Part shown: positions 29,289 to 38,094 of the stretch, in pieces
Position numbering within the stretch: position 1 is the first letter of the stretch
Layout of the letters: each line of letters opens with the position of its first letter
DNA from: an uncultured delta proteobacterium
GTDB taxonomy: Bacteria > Desulfobacterota > Desulfobacteria > Desulfobacterales > JAHEIW01
Direction: 5' to 3'
DNA: 64,000 nucleotides
Assembly: GCA_963706575.1 (NCBI GenBank)
Contig: CAVPNL010000009.1
Location: 192,001-256,000 of the forward strand
The notes under the pieces: model-generated
The model's database searches: none
The model's input: only the letters and a program-made list of their open reading frames with translations
Told to the model about the DNA's origin: nothing
Position numbers and translations under genes: made by a program

Positions 29289-30335
29289 ATGGAAAAAATA
29301 CTGGAGCTGAAAAATCTGAAAAAGCATTACCCCATTTTAGGGGGTGTGCTGCGCCGGCAAGTCGGCGCCGTCAAGGCCCTGGACGGAATCGACCTGGACA
29401 TCTATCGCGGGGAATGTCTCGGGGTGGTGGGAGAATCGGGCTGCGGCAAGACCACCGCCGGAAAAGCAATCATACGCCTGTTTAAGCCGACCGGCGGGCA
29501 TGTTTATTATTACCACAAAGGCGCTGAATATAAAACGCCGGCAGATCTTGCCCACGAAAAAAAGTCCCGCATTAAAAAGCTCGGCCTGCGCGGCAGATTG
29601 CAGATGGTTTTCCAGGATCCGACAACCTCGCTGGATCCCCGGATGCTGATAAAACATATTGTTGCCGAACCCATCAAAACCCAGAAACGGATGAGCGGCC
29701 GGGATCTGGAAGAACGGGTTCTGGAATTGCTTAATCGGGTGGGTTTAACCCGGGATCATCTGCTGCGCTATCCGCATGAATTCTCCGGCGGGCAGCGGCA
29801 GCGGATTGCGCTCGCCCGGGCAATTGCCACCGACCCTGAGTTTATCGTGCTCGATGAACCGACTTCCGCCCTGGACGTTTCGGTTCAATCCCAGATCCTT
29901 AACCTGCTTAAGTCTCTGCAGCAAACCCTTCATTTAACCTATATGTTCATCACCCACCATCTGCTGGTGGTCAAATACATCAGCGATCGGGTGGCGGTGA
30001 TGTATCTTGGGAAAATTGTAGAACTTGCCGACACCCGGGCCATCTTTTTCAAACCGGCACATCCCTATACCCACGCGCTGATGTCCGCGATCCCGATTCC
30101 GGATGTCACGCATCAGCAACAGCGCATCGTCCTGAGCGGCGATGTGCCCAGCCCCGCCAATCCGCCGGCGGGTTGCCGATTTCACACCCGCTGCCCCTTT
30201 ACGGTGGATCGCTGCTTAACGCAAGAACCGTTGCTTGAGATCATGGAAGCCGGTCATCTGGTTGCCTGCCATCGCAAAGCAGGAAGTGGAAAAACTGGTA
30301 GCCGAAACGTTTGGCCCCAAACGGATGGGGAGTAA
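29289..30335 (+). CDS. dppF: Peptide ABC transporter ATP-binding protein
   Basis: [32 protein letters not shown]; the last ~20 codons may be frameshifted. Confidence 0.92.
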   Translation: MEKILELKNLKKHYPILGGVLRRQVGAVKALDGIDLDIYRGECLGVVGESGCGKTTAGKAIIRLFKPTGGHVYYYHKGAEYKTPADLAHEKKSRIKKLGLRGRLQMVFQDPTTSLDPRMLIKHIVAEPIKTQKRMSGRDLEERVLELLNRVGLTRDHLLRYPHEFSGGQRQRIALARAIATDPEFIVLDEPTSALDVSVQSQILNLLKSLQQTLHLTYMFITHHLLVVKYISDRVAVMYLGKIVELADTRAIFFKPAHPYTHALMSAIPIPDVTHQQQRIVLSGDVPSPANPPAGCRFHTRCPFTVDRCLTQEPLLEIMEAGHLVACHRKAGSGKTGSRNVWPQTDGE

Positions 30336-30615
30336 ACGATCCCCGGTGTTATTTATTTTTAATCCCAGGTTGTGTTATCCGATGCCTTAAAGACTTGCCG
30401 TTTGAACTCCCAGAACCGAATTGCTGGTATTGATCAACCCAAGACTGTTAAATAATAAATCAATCTCCTGCCAAATAGCTGAAGAAGGACCTTCGATGCT
30501 TTAAGCGTATCAAAACCTCGTCTCATATCATTGGAAATGGGATCGGGGTTTTCTTTTTATGAGGGCATTTTACGTTGAAAGATGAAACCTTAATTTTAGG
30601 GAAAGGAGGTTTGCC

Positions 30616-31317
30616 ATGAAAATATTTTTGATTTTTACCCTGGCAATCGTTATGGGAGGTCTATTTATCGTGACGTTTGCATCCAGCGCAAATGCAGGAG
30701 AAAAAATTGGCGTCATTGTCGTGGATATGCAGGGCGATTTTACCACCTGGAAAAAAGGCTCCCTTGCCGTCGCTGGTACGGATGAGGCCTTTGTTGCAAA
30801 TGTGGAAAAGACCACGGTCATGCTGAAAGAAAAGGGATATCCGATTTTCGCCACCCAGGACTGGCACCCGGCCGATCATGTATCCTTTTTTTCCAATCAT
30901 GAAGGTAAAAAACCTTTTGAGGCCATCCAGATCGAGGGGCGCACCCAGGTGCTATGGCCGCCCCATTGTGTCCAGGAAACTGAAAATGCGAAGGTTTTGC
31001 TGGATAATGATCTGTTCATCGCCATCGTCAAAAAAGGAAAGGATAAGCGTTATGACAGCTATTCCGGTTTTCAGGATGATGGCGGTGCCAAAACGGAGAT
31101 GAACGGGATTCTGAAGGAAAAAGGTATCAAAGAGCTGATTGTTTATGGGATTGCCACTGACTACTGTGTAAAGGCCACGGCTATCGATGCCGCCGATGCC
31201 GGATACAAAGTTACGGTTGTTGAAGGTCTGTCCAAAGGCGTGGCTCCGGACACCACCGCCAAGGCCCTGGATGAAATGAAAGCCAAAGGGATCATTTTGG
31301 TCAAAGAATTGGAATAA
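30616..31317 (+). CDS. pncA: Nicotinamidase/pyrazinamidase with N-terminal signal peptide
   Basis: VDMQGDF, QDWHPADH, WPPHCVQ, DSYSGF, GIATDYCV. Confidence 0.88.
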   Translation: MKIFLIFTLAIVMGGLFIVTFASSANAGEKIGVIVVDMQGDFTTWKKGSLAVAGTDEAFVANVEKTTVMLKEKGYPIFATQDWHPADHVSFFSNHEGKKPFEAIQIEGRTQVLWPPHCVQETENAKVLLDNDLFIAIVKKGKDKRYDSYSGFQDDGGAKTEMNGILKEKGIKELIVYGIATDYCVKATAIDAADAGYKVTVVEGLSKGVAPDTTAKALDEMKAKGIILVKELE

Positions 31318-31355
31318 CAAAGTAAACTAATTGCCCTAGAATCAATACCGCAAAA

Positions 31356-31406
31356 CGGGGCGCTCGTTAAAATCCATCTGGCATGGATCACGGGCGCCCC
31401 TTTTTT
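31356..31406 (+). terminator. Rho-independent terminator after pncA
   Basis: ggggcgctcgt...acgggcgcccc followed by T-run. Confidence 0.7.
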
Positions 31407-31540
31407 ATGTGTTTTTGAACCCGCACCGAACGCATATTGGCAAACGAAGTGACGATTTTTGTCCTACAAACACATGTCACCAGAGGCGGGGTGCTCAATA
31501 ACCATATGATATTTATCTAAATAATAATAAAATCCTGGCC

Positions 31541-31555
31541 TGGTATAAATTTTGC
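31541..31555 (+). promoter_or_regulatory. Candidate sigma-54 (-24/-12) promoter
   Basis: TGGTAT-AAATT-TTGC with correct GG/GC spacing and AT-rich tract upstream. Confidence 0.5.
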
Positions 31556-31726
31556 CTGTTTAAATCCTACCGGTTTTTATCATTGCCGACACAATCGCTT
31601 ATCTTTCTTGCTAACAGGCCGATATCATATTAGATAAAATAAATAACGCTGTCAGGGTGAATTGGTGTATAATATTATCAATCGCAGCGTTCAGGAGACC
31701 AGAACCCAAGGGGGGACATTCTGATA

Positions 31727-32935
31727 ATGGATGTTGTTTTGATGGTAAAAAAACCAACATACGAAGAATTAACTGCAAGAATCAAAACGCTCGAAAACGA
31801 ATTGCAACAGCAGGTCCAAACCGAAACGGATCTGCGGGAGCAGGAGCAGAAGTACAAGCTCATATTTGAAAAAGCGCGGGATGCCATTTTTATCATCCAC
31901 AACGACGTGATCCGTTTTGCCAATCGCCGCGCCCGGACGGTACTGGGCTATACCGACGAAGAGTTGTCGACAACCGCCATTGCCGAACTTATCCACCCTA
32001 AAGATAGAGATTTAGTGGCCGCCCGGCATTTAAAAAGGCTAAAGGGTGAAAAAGTACCCGGCACCCACTCATTCCGGGTGATCAGTAAAGAGGGCAGAGA
32101 AATATGGGTCGAGCACACCGCCGTGTGCGTTAGTTGGGAAGGGCAGCCGGCCACTTTAAATTTTGTTCGCAACATCACCAAAAAGAAAAAACTGGACGCC
32201 CAACTTCAATTTGCCGCCAGACTGGAAGCCATCGGCACCCTGGCTGGCGGGATTGCGCATGCATTTAATAACCTCTTGATGGGCATCCAGGGGCACACCT
32301 CGCTGCTGCTGCTTGACCTCGAATCCAAACATCCTCATTATTCGGCCTTAAAAAAAATCGAAAACGCAATTCAAGGGGGTGCCGAGCTCACCAGCCAATT
32401 GATCGGCTACGCGCGCAAAGGCAGATATCGGTCCAAATCCATTGCCATTAACGAAATTATTGAAAATACTTCCCAGACGTTTCAAAAAATGAAAAGGGAA
32501 ATTACCATCCACCGTGAACTTACCCAAAGGCCGCATGCCATCGAAGCCGACCAGGGCCAGATGGAACAAATGCTGCTAAATCTTTTTATTAATGCGGCCG
32601 ATGCCATGCCGGATGGGGGGAATATTTATTTGAAAACCAAAAACGTGACCCACCGCGATATCAAAAGCAAACTTTACGAGGCCACTCCGGGAAAATACGT
32701 CAGGATCACGGTCTCGGACAGAGGCGTCGGAATCGATAAAAAAATACAGCATCGTATTTTTGATCCTTTTTTTACGACCAAAAAAACCGGTAAAGGGACC
32801 GGCCTCGGACTGGCCTCGGTTTACGGGATCGTAAAAAGCCACGAAGGTTATATTAACGCGGAGTCTAAAAAGGGCCGCGGAACCACGTTTTTTATTTATC
32901 TACCGGCAGCGGATAAGCGGAAAACCAAGAAATAA
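31727..32935 (+). CDS. Cytoplasmic PAS sensor histidine kinase (NtrB-like), no receiver domain
   Basis: [17 protein letters not shown]-box, [20 protein letters not shown]. Confidence 0.9.
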   Translation: MDVVLMVKKPTYEELTARIKTLENELQQQVQTETDLREQEQKYKLIFEKARDAIFIIHNDVIRFANRRARTVLGYTDEELSTTAIAELIHPKDRDLVAARHLKRLKGEKVPGTHSFRVISKEGREIWVEHTAVCVSWEGQPATLNFVRNITKKKKLDAQLQFAARLEAIGTLAGGIAHAFNNLLMGIQGHTSLLLLDLESKHPHYSALKKIENAIQGGAELTSQLIGYARKGRYRSKSIAINEIIENTSQTFQKMKREITIHRELTQRPHAIEADQGQMEQMLLNLFINAADAMPDGGNIYLKTKNVTHRDIKSKLYEATPGKYVRITVSDRGVGIDKKIQHRIFDPFFTTKKTGKGTGLGLASVYGIVKSHEGYINAESKKGRGTTFFIYLPAADKRKTKK

Positions 32936-32962
32936 AAACCAAAATAATTAGCGGATGGAAAA

Positions 32963-33610
32963 ATGCTTGAAAAAATATCGAAGTTAAATCTGGTTCGTAT
33001 TGGAAGCTATATTACTTACAGCAGTCTCAAAAAAATCGGCGACGACCTGCTGGAATCCTTTTCCGGTATCATCGGTGAGGTCGATCTGTCACATCATGAT
33101 TCGCCGATGATTGACAGCATCGATGCACAGCTGCTGACTGTGATACTGGGAGAGGAATATATCGGAAATACGCTGGGTATCACCGATGCTGATTTAAAAA
33201 TAGATGACGGGGATGAATTTTATAACTCGATTATCGGCGGGAAAAATCCTAAAAATGATGTGGCCGTTGTTTCTACTAAAAAATTGACTCCCCGGCGGAT
33301 GGAATCCGACGAAGAAATTGAACGGTTTCTCGATCGGACCACCAAGGTGGCCTTGCATGAGGTCGGTCATAATTTTGGGTTAACCGATCATGCCTCTTTT
33401 AAACCGGCACCGGATGGCGCTTTGTGCCCCATGAGCAGGGGCGAGTTTAATAAATTCGGCTATCGGGGATATGTGCGGGCCATTGTCGATGGCCGCGGGC
33501 TTAAATTTTGCGATGAATGCAGCGGTTTTTTAAGGGCGATTTATGGATATCGGCGCGCGTCAAAAGGGCTGGTAAAGGACGGGCTGGTCTCAAATTCCAA
33601 CCAGTCTTGA
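32963..33610 (+). CDS. Archaemetzincin-like Zn metalloprotease (M54)
   Basis: HEVGHNFGLTDH, CPMS Met-turn and FCDEC. Confidence 0.7.
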   Translation: MLEKISKLNLVRIGSYITYSSLKKIGDDLLESFSGIIGEVDLSHHDSPMIDSIDAQLLTVILGEEYIGNTLGITDADLKIDDGDEFYNSIIGGKNPKNDVAVVSTKKLTPRRMESDEEIERFLDRTTKVALHEVGHNFGLTDHASFKPAPDGALCPMSRGEFNKFGYRGYVRAIVDGRGLKFCDECSGFLRAIYGYRRASKGLVKDGLVSNSNQS

Positions 33611-33616
33611 ATTGAG

Positions 33617-33712
33617 AAAATTCCAAATTACAAAACACAAATATCAAACAAATCACAATGACCCAAATTCAAAATATTTAACTTTTGGTCATTGATAAAT
33701 TGAAATTTTGGT
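33617..33712. repeat. Tandem-repeat palindrome, CAAAT 7-mer family (degenerate)
   Basis: (caaa..)n aatgacccaaa / tttggtcatt. Confidence 0.6.
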
Positions 33713-33729
33713 TTTCCAGGTAGTACCAC

Positions 33730-34182
33730 TCAAATAACCTTCAGCAACTTTTCGATACTTTTGCGGCGTTCCGAAATTACAAATGATTTCGGTGCTGCAA
33801 AAATCTCTTCCGACATCTCCAGCAATGCATTTCGGGCAGCCATAATATCGGCCTCTCTGGGTAGAAAAAATACGACCCTGGCGAACGAATAAAAGGGTAC
33901 CAGGCGATAGCCTGCATTGAGCATGGATGACAGTTTGCGATATTCATCTGCTGCCTGTTCCAATTTCTCCTGATCAATAGCCTGTCCCGCCGCTTCCCCG
34001 GAGCGCTCTTCAGAAGATGCAAGCTTAAAAACATGTGAATAATGAATAAGCTTGAAAGCAATCTCGGCGATGACGCGCTTGAGCTCCTGCACAGGGTCGA
34101 TGACAATTTTAACAATGATCTCGCCTAAAACATAGATAATCACCCCGGCCAGAATAATATAAAATACGAGTGCGATTTCCAT
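33730..34182 (-). CDS. Hypothetical membrane-anchored protein
   Basis: N-terminal TM helix, helical body, RBS. Confidence 0.6.
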   Translation of the reverse strand: MEIALVFYIILAGVIIYVLGEIIVKIVIDPVQELKRVIAEIAFKLIHYSHVFKLASSEERSGEAAGQAIDQEKLEQAADEYRKLSSMLNAGYRLVPFYSFARVVFFLPREADIMAARNALLEMSEEIFAAPKSFVISERRKSIEKLLKVI

Positions 34183-34371
34183 GATCTTTTCTCCGTCAAT
34201 GATCTCAAAAAACCCCAATTCTCAATTAGAGAAATGGGACTTTAAAATTAGCCCATTTTGTCACCTTTCGGCACGGATTTAATTCTGATTAATATTGAAC
34301 AGTTATCATGGGTTGTGTTTTTAAGTCAACAGCATTGAAATAACATGTTGTTGGTCAGCCATAAAGCGTTT

Positions 34372-34722
34372 TTAGAAATTAAATACTTTGCCTTCTGCGG
34401 CAAGATCAATCAAATGGGGTCCGCCGTCCAGGGCCATATTTGAAAAAAAGTTTGACTCGTCTACCTGACGAGCTTTGGCACACGGAATTCAGACGCCAAT
34501 GGGGACTTCGTTTTCAACCAGATACGGCAAATACTCATTGGGGGTATCACCGGTCGGCGTTTTCGTATCAAAATCTCTGGTTGAATCCGCCCACAGGACA
34601 CCATCATCAATAAAAAACAGGTTAACGTCATGCCCTTTTGAATGCGCAATTTGAGCAAATTGAAAACAGCGAGTTGCTGCCTGGTTGTCATCTCGGCTTA
34701 GCACGAACAGAAAATTCGCCAT
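34372..34722 (-). CDS. DsrE/DsrF-like selenoprotein (UGA = Sec, UxxC motif)
   Basis: DsrE N-terminus (VNLFFIDDGV); in-frame TGA at 34489-34491 reads on as U-IPCAKARQV...VFNF-TAA; SECIS-like hairpin just downstream. Confidence 0.85.
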
Positions 34723-35285
34723 CACAAACCTCCTTTCTTTTGAGCAAAATTAAGCGCTTAATGTATTCTTCTTTGAAGGAAGATTTATCAGAATTCACTT
34801 AAGATTTTCAACCGAAAAGATAAGAAGAAATGCGTAGCGTAAAAGGCGCAGAGGGCATTAACTTGAAAACATCTCAATTTTTAGAAATGCATAAAATCAT
34901 TGGCGTCCAGCCATATTTCCCATGAGTCGTCGCTTTCCGCCATGAATTGTCCTCTGGGAACCACGATCTGTCTTTTTCCGTCATGACCTGGCAAGGATGA
35001 TTCTATGCGTTTCAGAAGGGAGATTTGCTTTAAAATTTTAATAGGGAACAAGGTGCGCTATTTTTTTAAGGATAATCTCAGGGTAATTACAGATTATTTA
35101 TTTTAGCAGTTGAAATTTAGCCGGATAGTCTTACTATGATAAAAACAGAAAATTTCAGAATTGAAAACTTTTTTAAAAGCATTATCTTTCGGGGTCTTAA
35201 TTTAATTAATATTATAGAATCAATACCGTCAATCTCAATCGAACACCCGACCTATATATCTTTATAGATAGAGAAATGGAGGTTA

Positions 35286-35675
35286 ATGATGAACAATCAA
35301 ATCATAAAGCTTTTTGTGGTAATTCTGTCAGCTATTTTTCTGCTCAGCTCGCCGGCGTTAGGCGGCGGCAAGGCCAAGGGCAAAAATAAAACCCAACCGC
35401 CCGGCTGGGAGCAGGGCGAGAAGACCGGCTGGAAAGGCGAAGATACGCCTCCCGGGTTAACCGAAGAGAAAATGGAGAAGAAACAAAAATCCCGAATGAA
35501 GGGCGATGAGGCCAAGGCAGAAGCGGAAGGTGAAAAAGCTAAACAGGGGACCGAACTGCAAGAGGAAAAAACAGAACAGGAAGCTGAGATAGAGAAAGAG
35601 AAAAAGAAACAAGAAGCGGAGTTAAAAAAAGAAAAGAAAAGAATAAAATCTAACTCGAAGAAGAAAAATGGGTAG
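35286..35675 (+). CDS. Secreted low-complexity charged protein (PPGW..G.K.GW..PPGL motif)
   Basis: Signal peptide, GGAGG RBS, Lys/Glu-rich tail. Confidence 0.7.
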   Translation: MMNNQIIKLFVVILSAIFLLSSPALGGGKAKGKNKTQPPGWEQGEKTGWKGEDTPPGLTEEKMEKKQKSRMKGDEAKAEAEGEKAKQGTELQEEKTEQEAEIEKEKKKQEAELKKEKKRIKSNSKKKNG

Positions 35676-35869
35676 AAGGGTTTCATGCCCACGCTGCCGA
35701 TGGGCTGGATTTCTAAAAGGCTGGTCCTGTTTAAAAACGCCAGAGATAAACCGGGATTCATATTAAGCCCTTCTGCCAGCGATGCAGTTGGTTCGCCTCC
35801 TACGAAAAAACAGGGATAATCGGATTTCGTTGCGAATCCCTGTGCGAGTCTGAGAATTTGAAAAAATGC

Positions 35870-35898
35870 TTGACATGCTACAGAGTAGCACTTATATA
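35870..35898 (+). promoter_or_regulatory. Sigma-70 promoter with operator palindrome in the spacer
   Basis: TTGACA-17-TATATA; TGCTAC-AGA-GTAGCA at 35876-35890. Confidence 0.6.
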
Positions 35899-35903
35899 TA
35901 AAT

Positions 35904-36000
35904 TTCAGAGTTGAAAGACTCTAAGCATTATTATACCTCCAAGCTTTTTTCTTTTCCATTCTATGAAAGGGCGGTTCATACCTCCGTGAGCCGCCTTTTT
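35904..36000 (+). ncRNA. Candidate small regulatory RNA (~95 nt)
   Basis: Promoter, GAAA-tetraloop hairpin, two ATACCTCC motifs, intrinsic terminator, no ORF. Confidence 0.55.
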
Positions 36001-36018
36001 CATTTAATCGGTAATTAT

Positions 36019-36127
36019 TAGAACCTATCTCAAAAATAGCAGATCACATCTCCCGCTTCAGTGGGGCCCTTGCGCCTGATCTGAGGTTTTGAAACCACTT
36101 CTATATGTATTTTTAAGGTAGGTTCTA
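36019..36127. mobile_element. MITE-like element, same TIR family, copy C
   Basis: tagaacctatctcaaaaat ... atttttaaggtaggttcta; left part shared with 50803-50896. Confidence 0.7.
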
Positions 36128-36144
36128 CTGATTTTGGTGCGGCT

Positions 36145-37116
36145 TCATTGAATCTTACGTCTCGAATCATTGAATTCACGGTTGCTGGTTTGTATTGTGT
36201 CCGGGGTGCGGGATTCAGTCTTTTTAGGAATTTCCGGCAGCAGTTCTTCTATGATTTGCGTGCGCTTTAAAGGGGAAAGGTCGCGTTCGAGCGGTTTTAC
36301 TTTTTTGAGCAAATCTTCATCTTGCTGTACGCGCTGCCAAAATGTGAGCATGGCCCTGGGGGAATACTTTGAGCGATCCATAATCAGAATCGCGATCATT
36401 GCTGCCTCGCGTTCTTCTTCTGCACTGTATTCACGGTCCAGTGAATCCAAATCCGCCAGCTCAACATAGCTCCATTTCATCCAACCCTGGCCGCTAATCA
36501 CAACTGCTCCCTGGGAGGCCGTCATAATGGCGATACTGGTAGCCATTTCAGCCACATTAAAGAAAATATCAGTCCACAGCGTAAATTGTACGGGATACGT
36601 ATGCCGGGCCAACACATGGGCAATTTCACAGGCCATCAGCGCGGCGATTTCATCCTCGTTTTCGGCGACATCCAGAAAACCGGACCATACAAAAATGTAG
36701 TTTCCATGAACAGCACGAACATCGACCGTGTTGGGATCGTCAAGGAGATAAATATGCCAGGGCAGGTGATCGGCTTCTGCAGCTTGTATCAGATGATCGA
36801 GAATGGTTACCAGCCGGTCATAGCGTTTCGGATTGGCATCCAATCCATAATCGTCACACAAATCCTCATATAATTTTTTTCCGTATTCGGCTTCTCCCGG
36901 GGCCAGTGCATCTATTTTGGGGATTGTACCCGGTTCGATGATTCGGGGTTTAACCGTGCAAGCGTTACCAGAAAAAAGAATCCCGGCGGAAATCAATACC
37001 GTAAATGCGAAACGGGATGCCAAATTAGCCAGGCCATGTAGTGGTGGCACGAAGGTCCTTCCGATCTTAATCGGTTGCGATTGCAATCTTAGACGGGCAA
37101 AAAGAGCCGATTTCAA
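36145..37116 (-). CDS. Peptidase M48-family lipoprotein with degenerate Zn motif (start uncertain)
   Basis: GNYIFVWSG, DEIAALMACEIAHVLARH, YSAEEEREA, YSPRAMLTFW; lipobox-like GNAC. Confidence 0.75.
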   Translation of the reverse strand: MKSALFARLRLQSQPIKIGRTFVPPLHGLANLASRFAFTVLISAGILFSGNACTVKPRIIEPGTIPKIDALAPGEAEYGKKLYEDLCDDYGLDANPKRYDRLVTILDHLIQAAEADHLPWHIYLLDDPNTVDVRAVHGNYIFVWSGFLDVAENEDEIAALMACEIAHVLARHTYPVQFTLWTDIFFNVAEMATSIAIMTASQGAVVISGQGWMKWSYVELADLDSLDREYSAEEEREAAMIAILIMDRSKYSPRAMLTFWQRVQQDEDLLKKVKPLERDLSPLKRTQIIEELLPEIPKKTESRTPDTIQTSNREFNDSRRKIQ

Positions 37117-37326
37117 ACCACTTCAGTAATTCAGCCGTCGTCCATCAAAATAATCTTCTGATTCAGATACGTTTCTGTAACACAGGCCCGGATCGATAGA
37201 AAGCATGAAATAAAATTCAGATTTTCATTAAAGTTTTCCCCATTTTTTGCCGATTAAATAAGATAACATAATCCATAGCTTACGTTCTGATCGTCACCAA
37301 TCCCCTTATTCGAGGAGAGTGATATT

Positions 37327-37986
37327 ATGTATTTGAAATTATTTAAAATATTTGCGGTTTTGCTTTTTGTGGTGTTTGTTTTGCCTGCGGGGAATTCGTT
37401 TGCCTTTAAATCATTGACCCGCGACCAGCTGATTTATGATGCCATTGAATTTTGCCCGGCGGAGCTTAAAGCGTATCTGCGCAGCAATTTAGCAACGATC
37501 TCGACGGGGATGCATTATAAGGAAAGACACCACCGCGGTGTAAATACCTTAATTGATCCGTACGATATCGAACTGATTTATCAGCATCTCATCGAGGATT
37601 TAAAAGAAGGAAGATATGACGAATTCAATACGGCGCACGCTTTTGGCGTTCTGGCCTGCTTTCTGGCAGAAACGATCTCTCCGGATAATTACAAAACACC
37701 CGATCATCTTATACCGGAAAAGGTGCAATACGATGGTTTCCAGCAAATTGAAACAGCGCGTGTCAAACCCCATATCACCAGTCTGATTGAGAACTACCGT
37801 ATTCCCTGCCAGAACAGAATGAAAAAGGAAATTACCGATCAGCTTTATAATGTAGCGCTCAACGAAATTGTTGATTACTGGGTCAGTGCCTGGGAATCCG
37901 GCGGTAATCAGGCAGGCATGTTTGCCAGTGTCGGTGAAGAGATTACCCACAAGAACCTGGTGCTTAATTTTAAGGTGGTCGGCTGA
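37327..37986 (+). CDS. Secreted hypothetical helical protein (possibly degenerate phospholipase C/P1 nuclease fold)
   Basis: Signal peptide SFA-F, GAGGAG RBS; the fold assignment is weak. Confidence 0.6.
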   Translation: MYLKLFKIFAVLLFVVFVLPAGNSFAFKSLTRDQLIYDAIEFCPAELKAYLRSNLATISTGMHYKERHHRGVNTLIDPYDIELIYQHLIEDLKEGRYDEFNTAHAFGVLACFLAETISPDNYKTPDHLIPEKVQYDGFQQIETARVKPHITSLIENYRIPCQNRMKKEITDQLYNVALNEIVDYWVSAWESGGNQAGMFASVGEEITHKNLVLNFKVVG

Positions 37987-38059
37987 CGGCCGCGTTAACG
38001 GGCAGGTTCTGCCCGTCAATTTCCGGGAAATAATTAAACGGATTTCTTAAATCCGTCTC

Positions 38060-38094
38060 AAAAATCCCGCCCCTATCCGGGCGGGATTTTTTTT
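38060..38094. terminator. Bidirectional terminator-like hairpin between convergent genes
   Basis: aaaatcccgccc-tatcc-gggcgggattttttt. Confidence 0.7.

Noticed and set aside
34881..35051. Possible ~57-codon minus-strand ORF ending ...SWEIWLDANDFMHF
   Set aside because: No convincing RBS or start and no recognisable family; it cannot be supported without homology data.
35297..35761. 154-aa Phe/Ser-rich minus-strand ORF
   Set aside because: It is the antisense of the Lys/Glu-rich secreted protein, which has the RBS and signal peptide.
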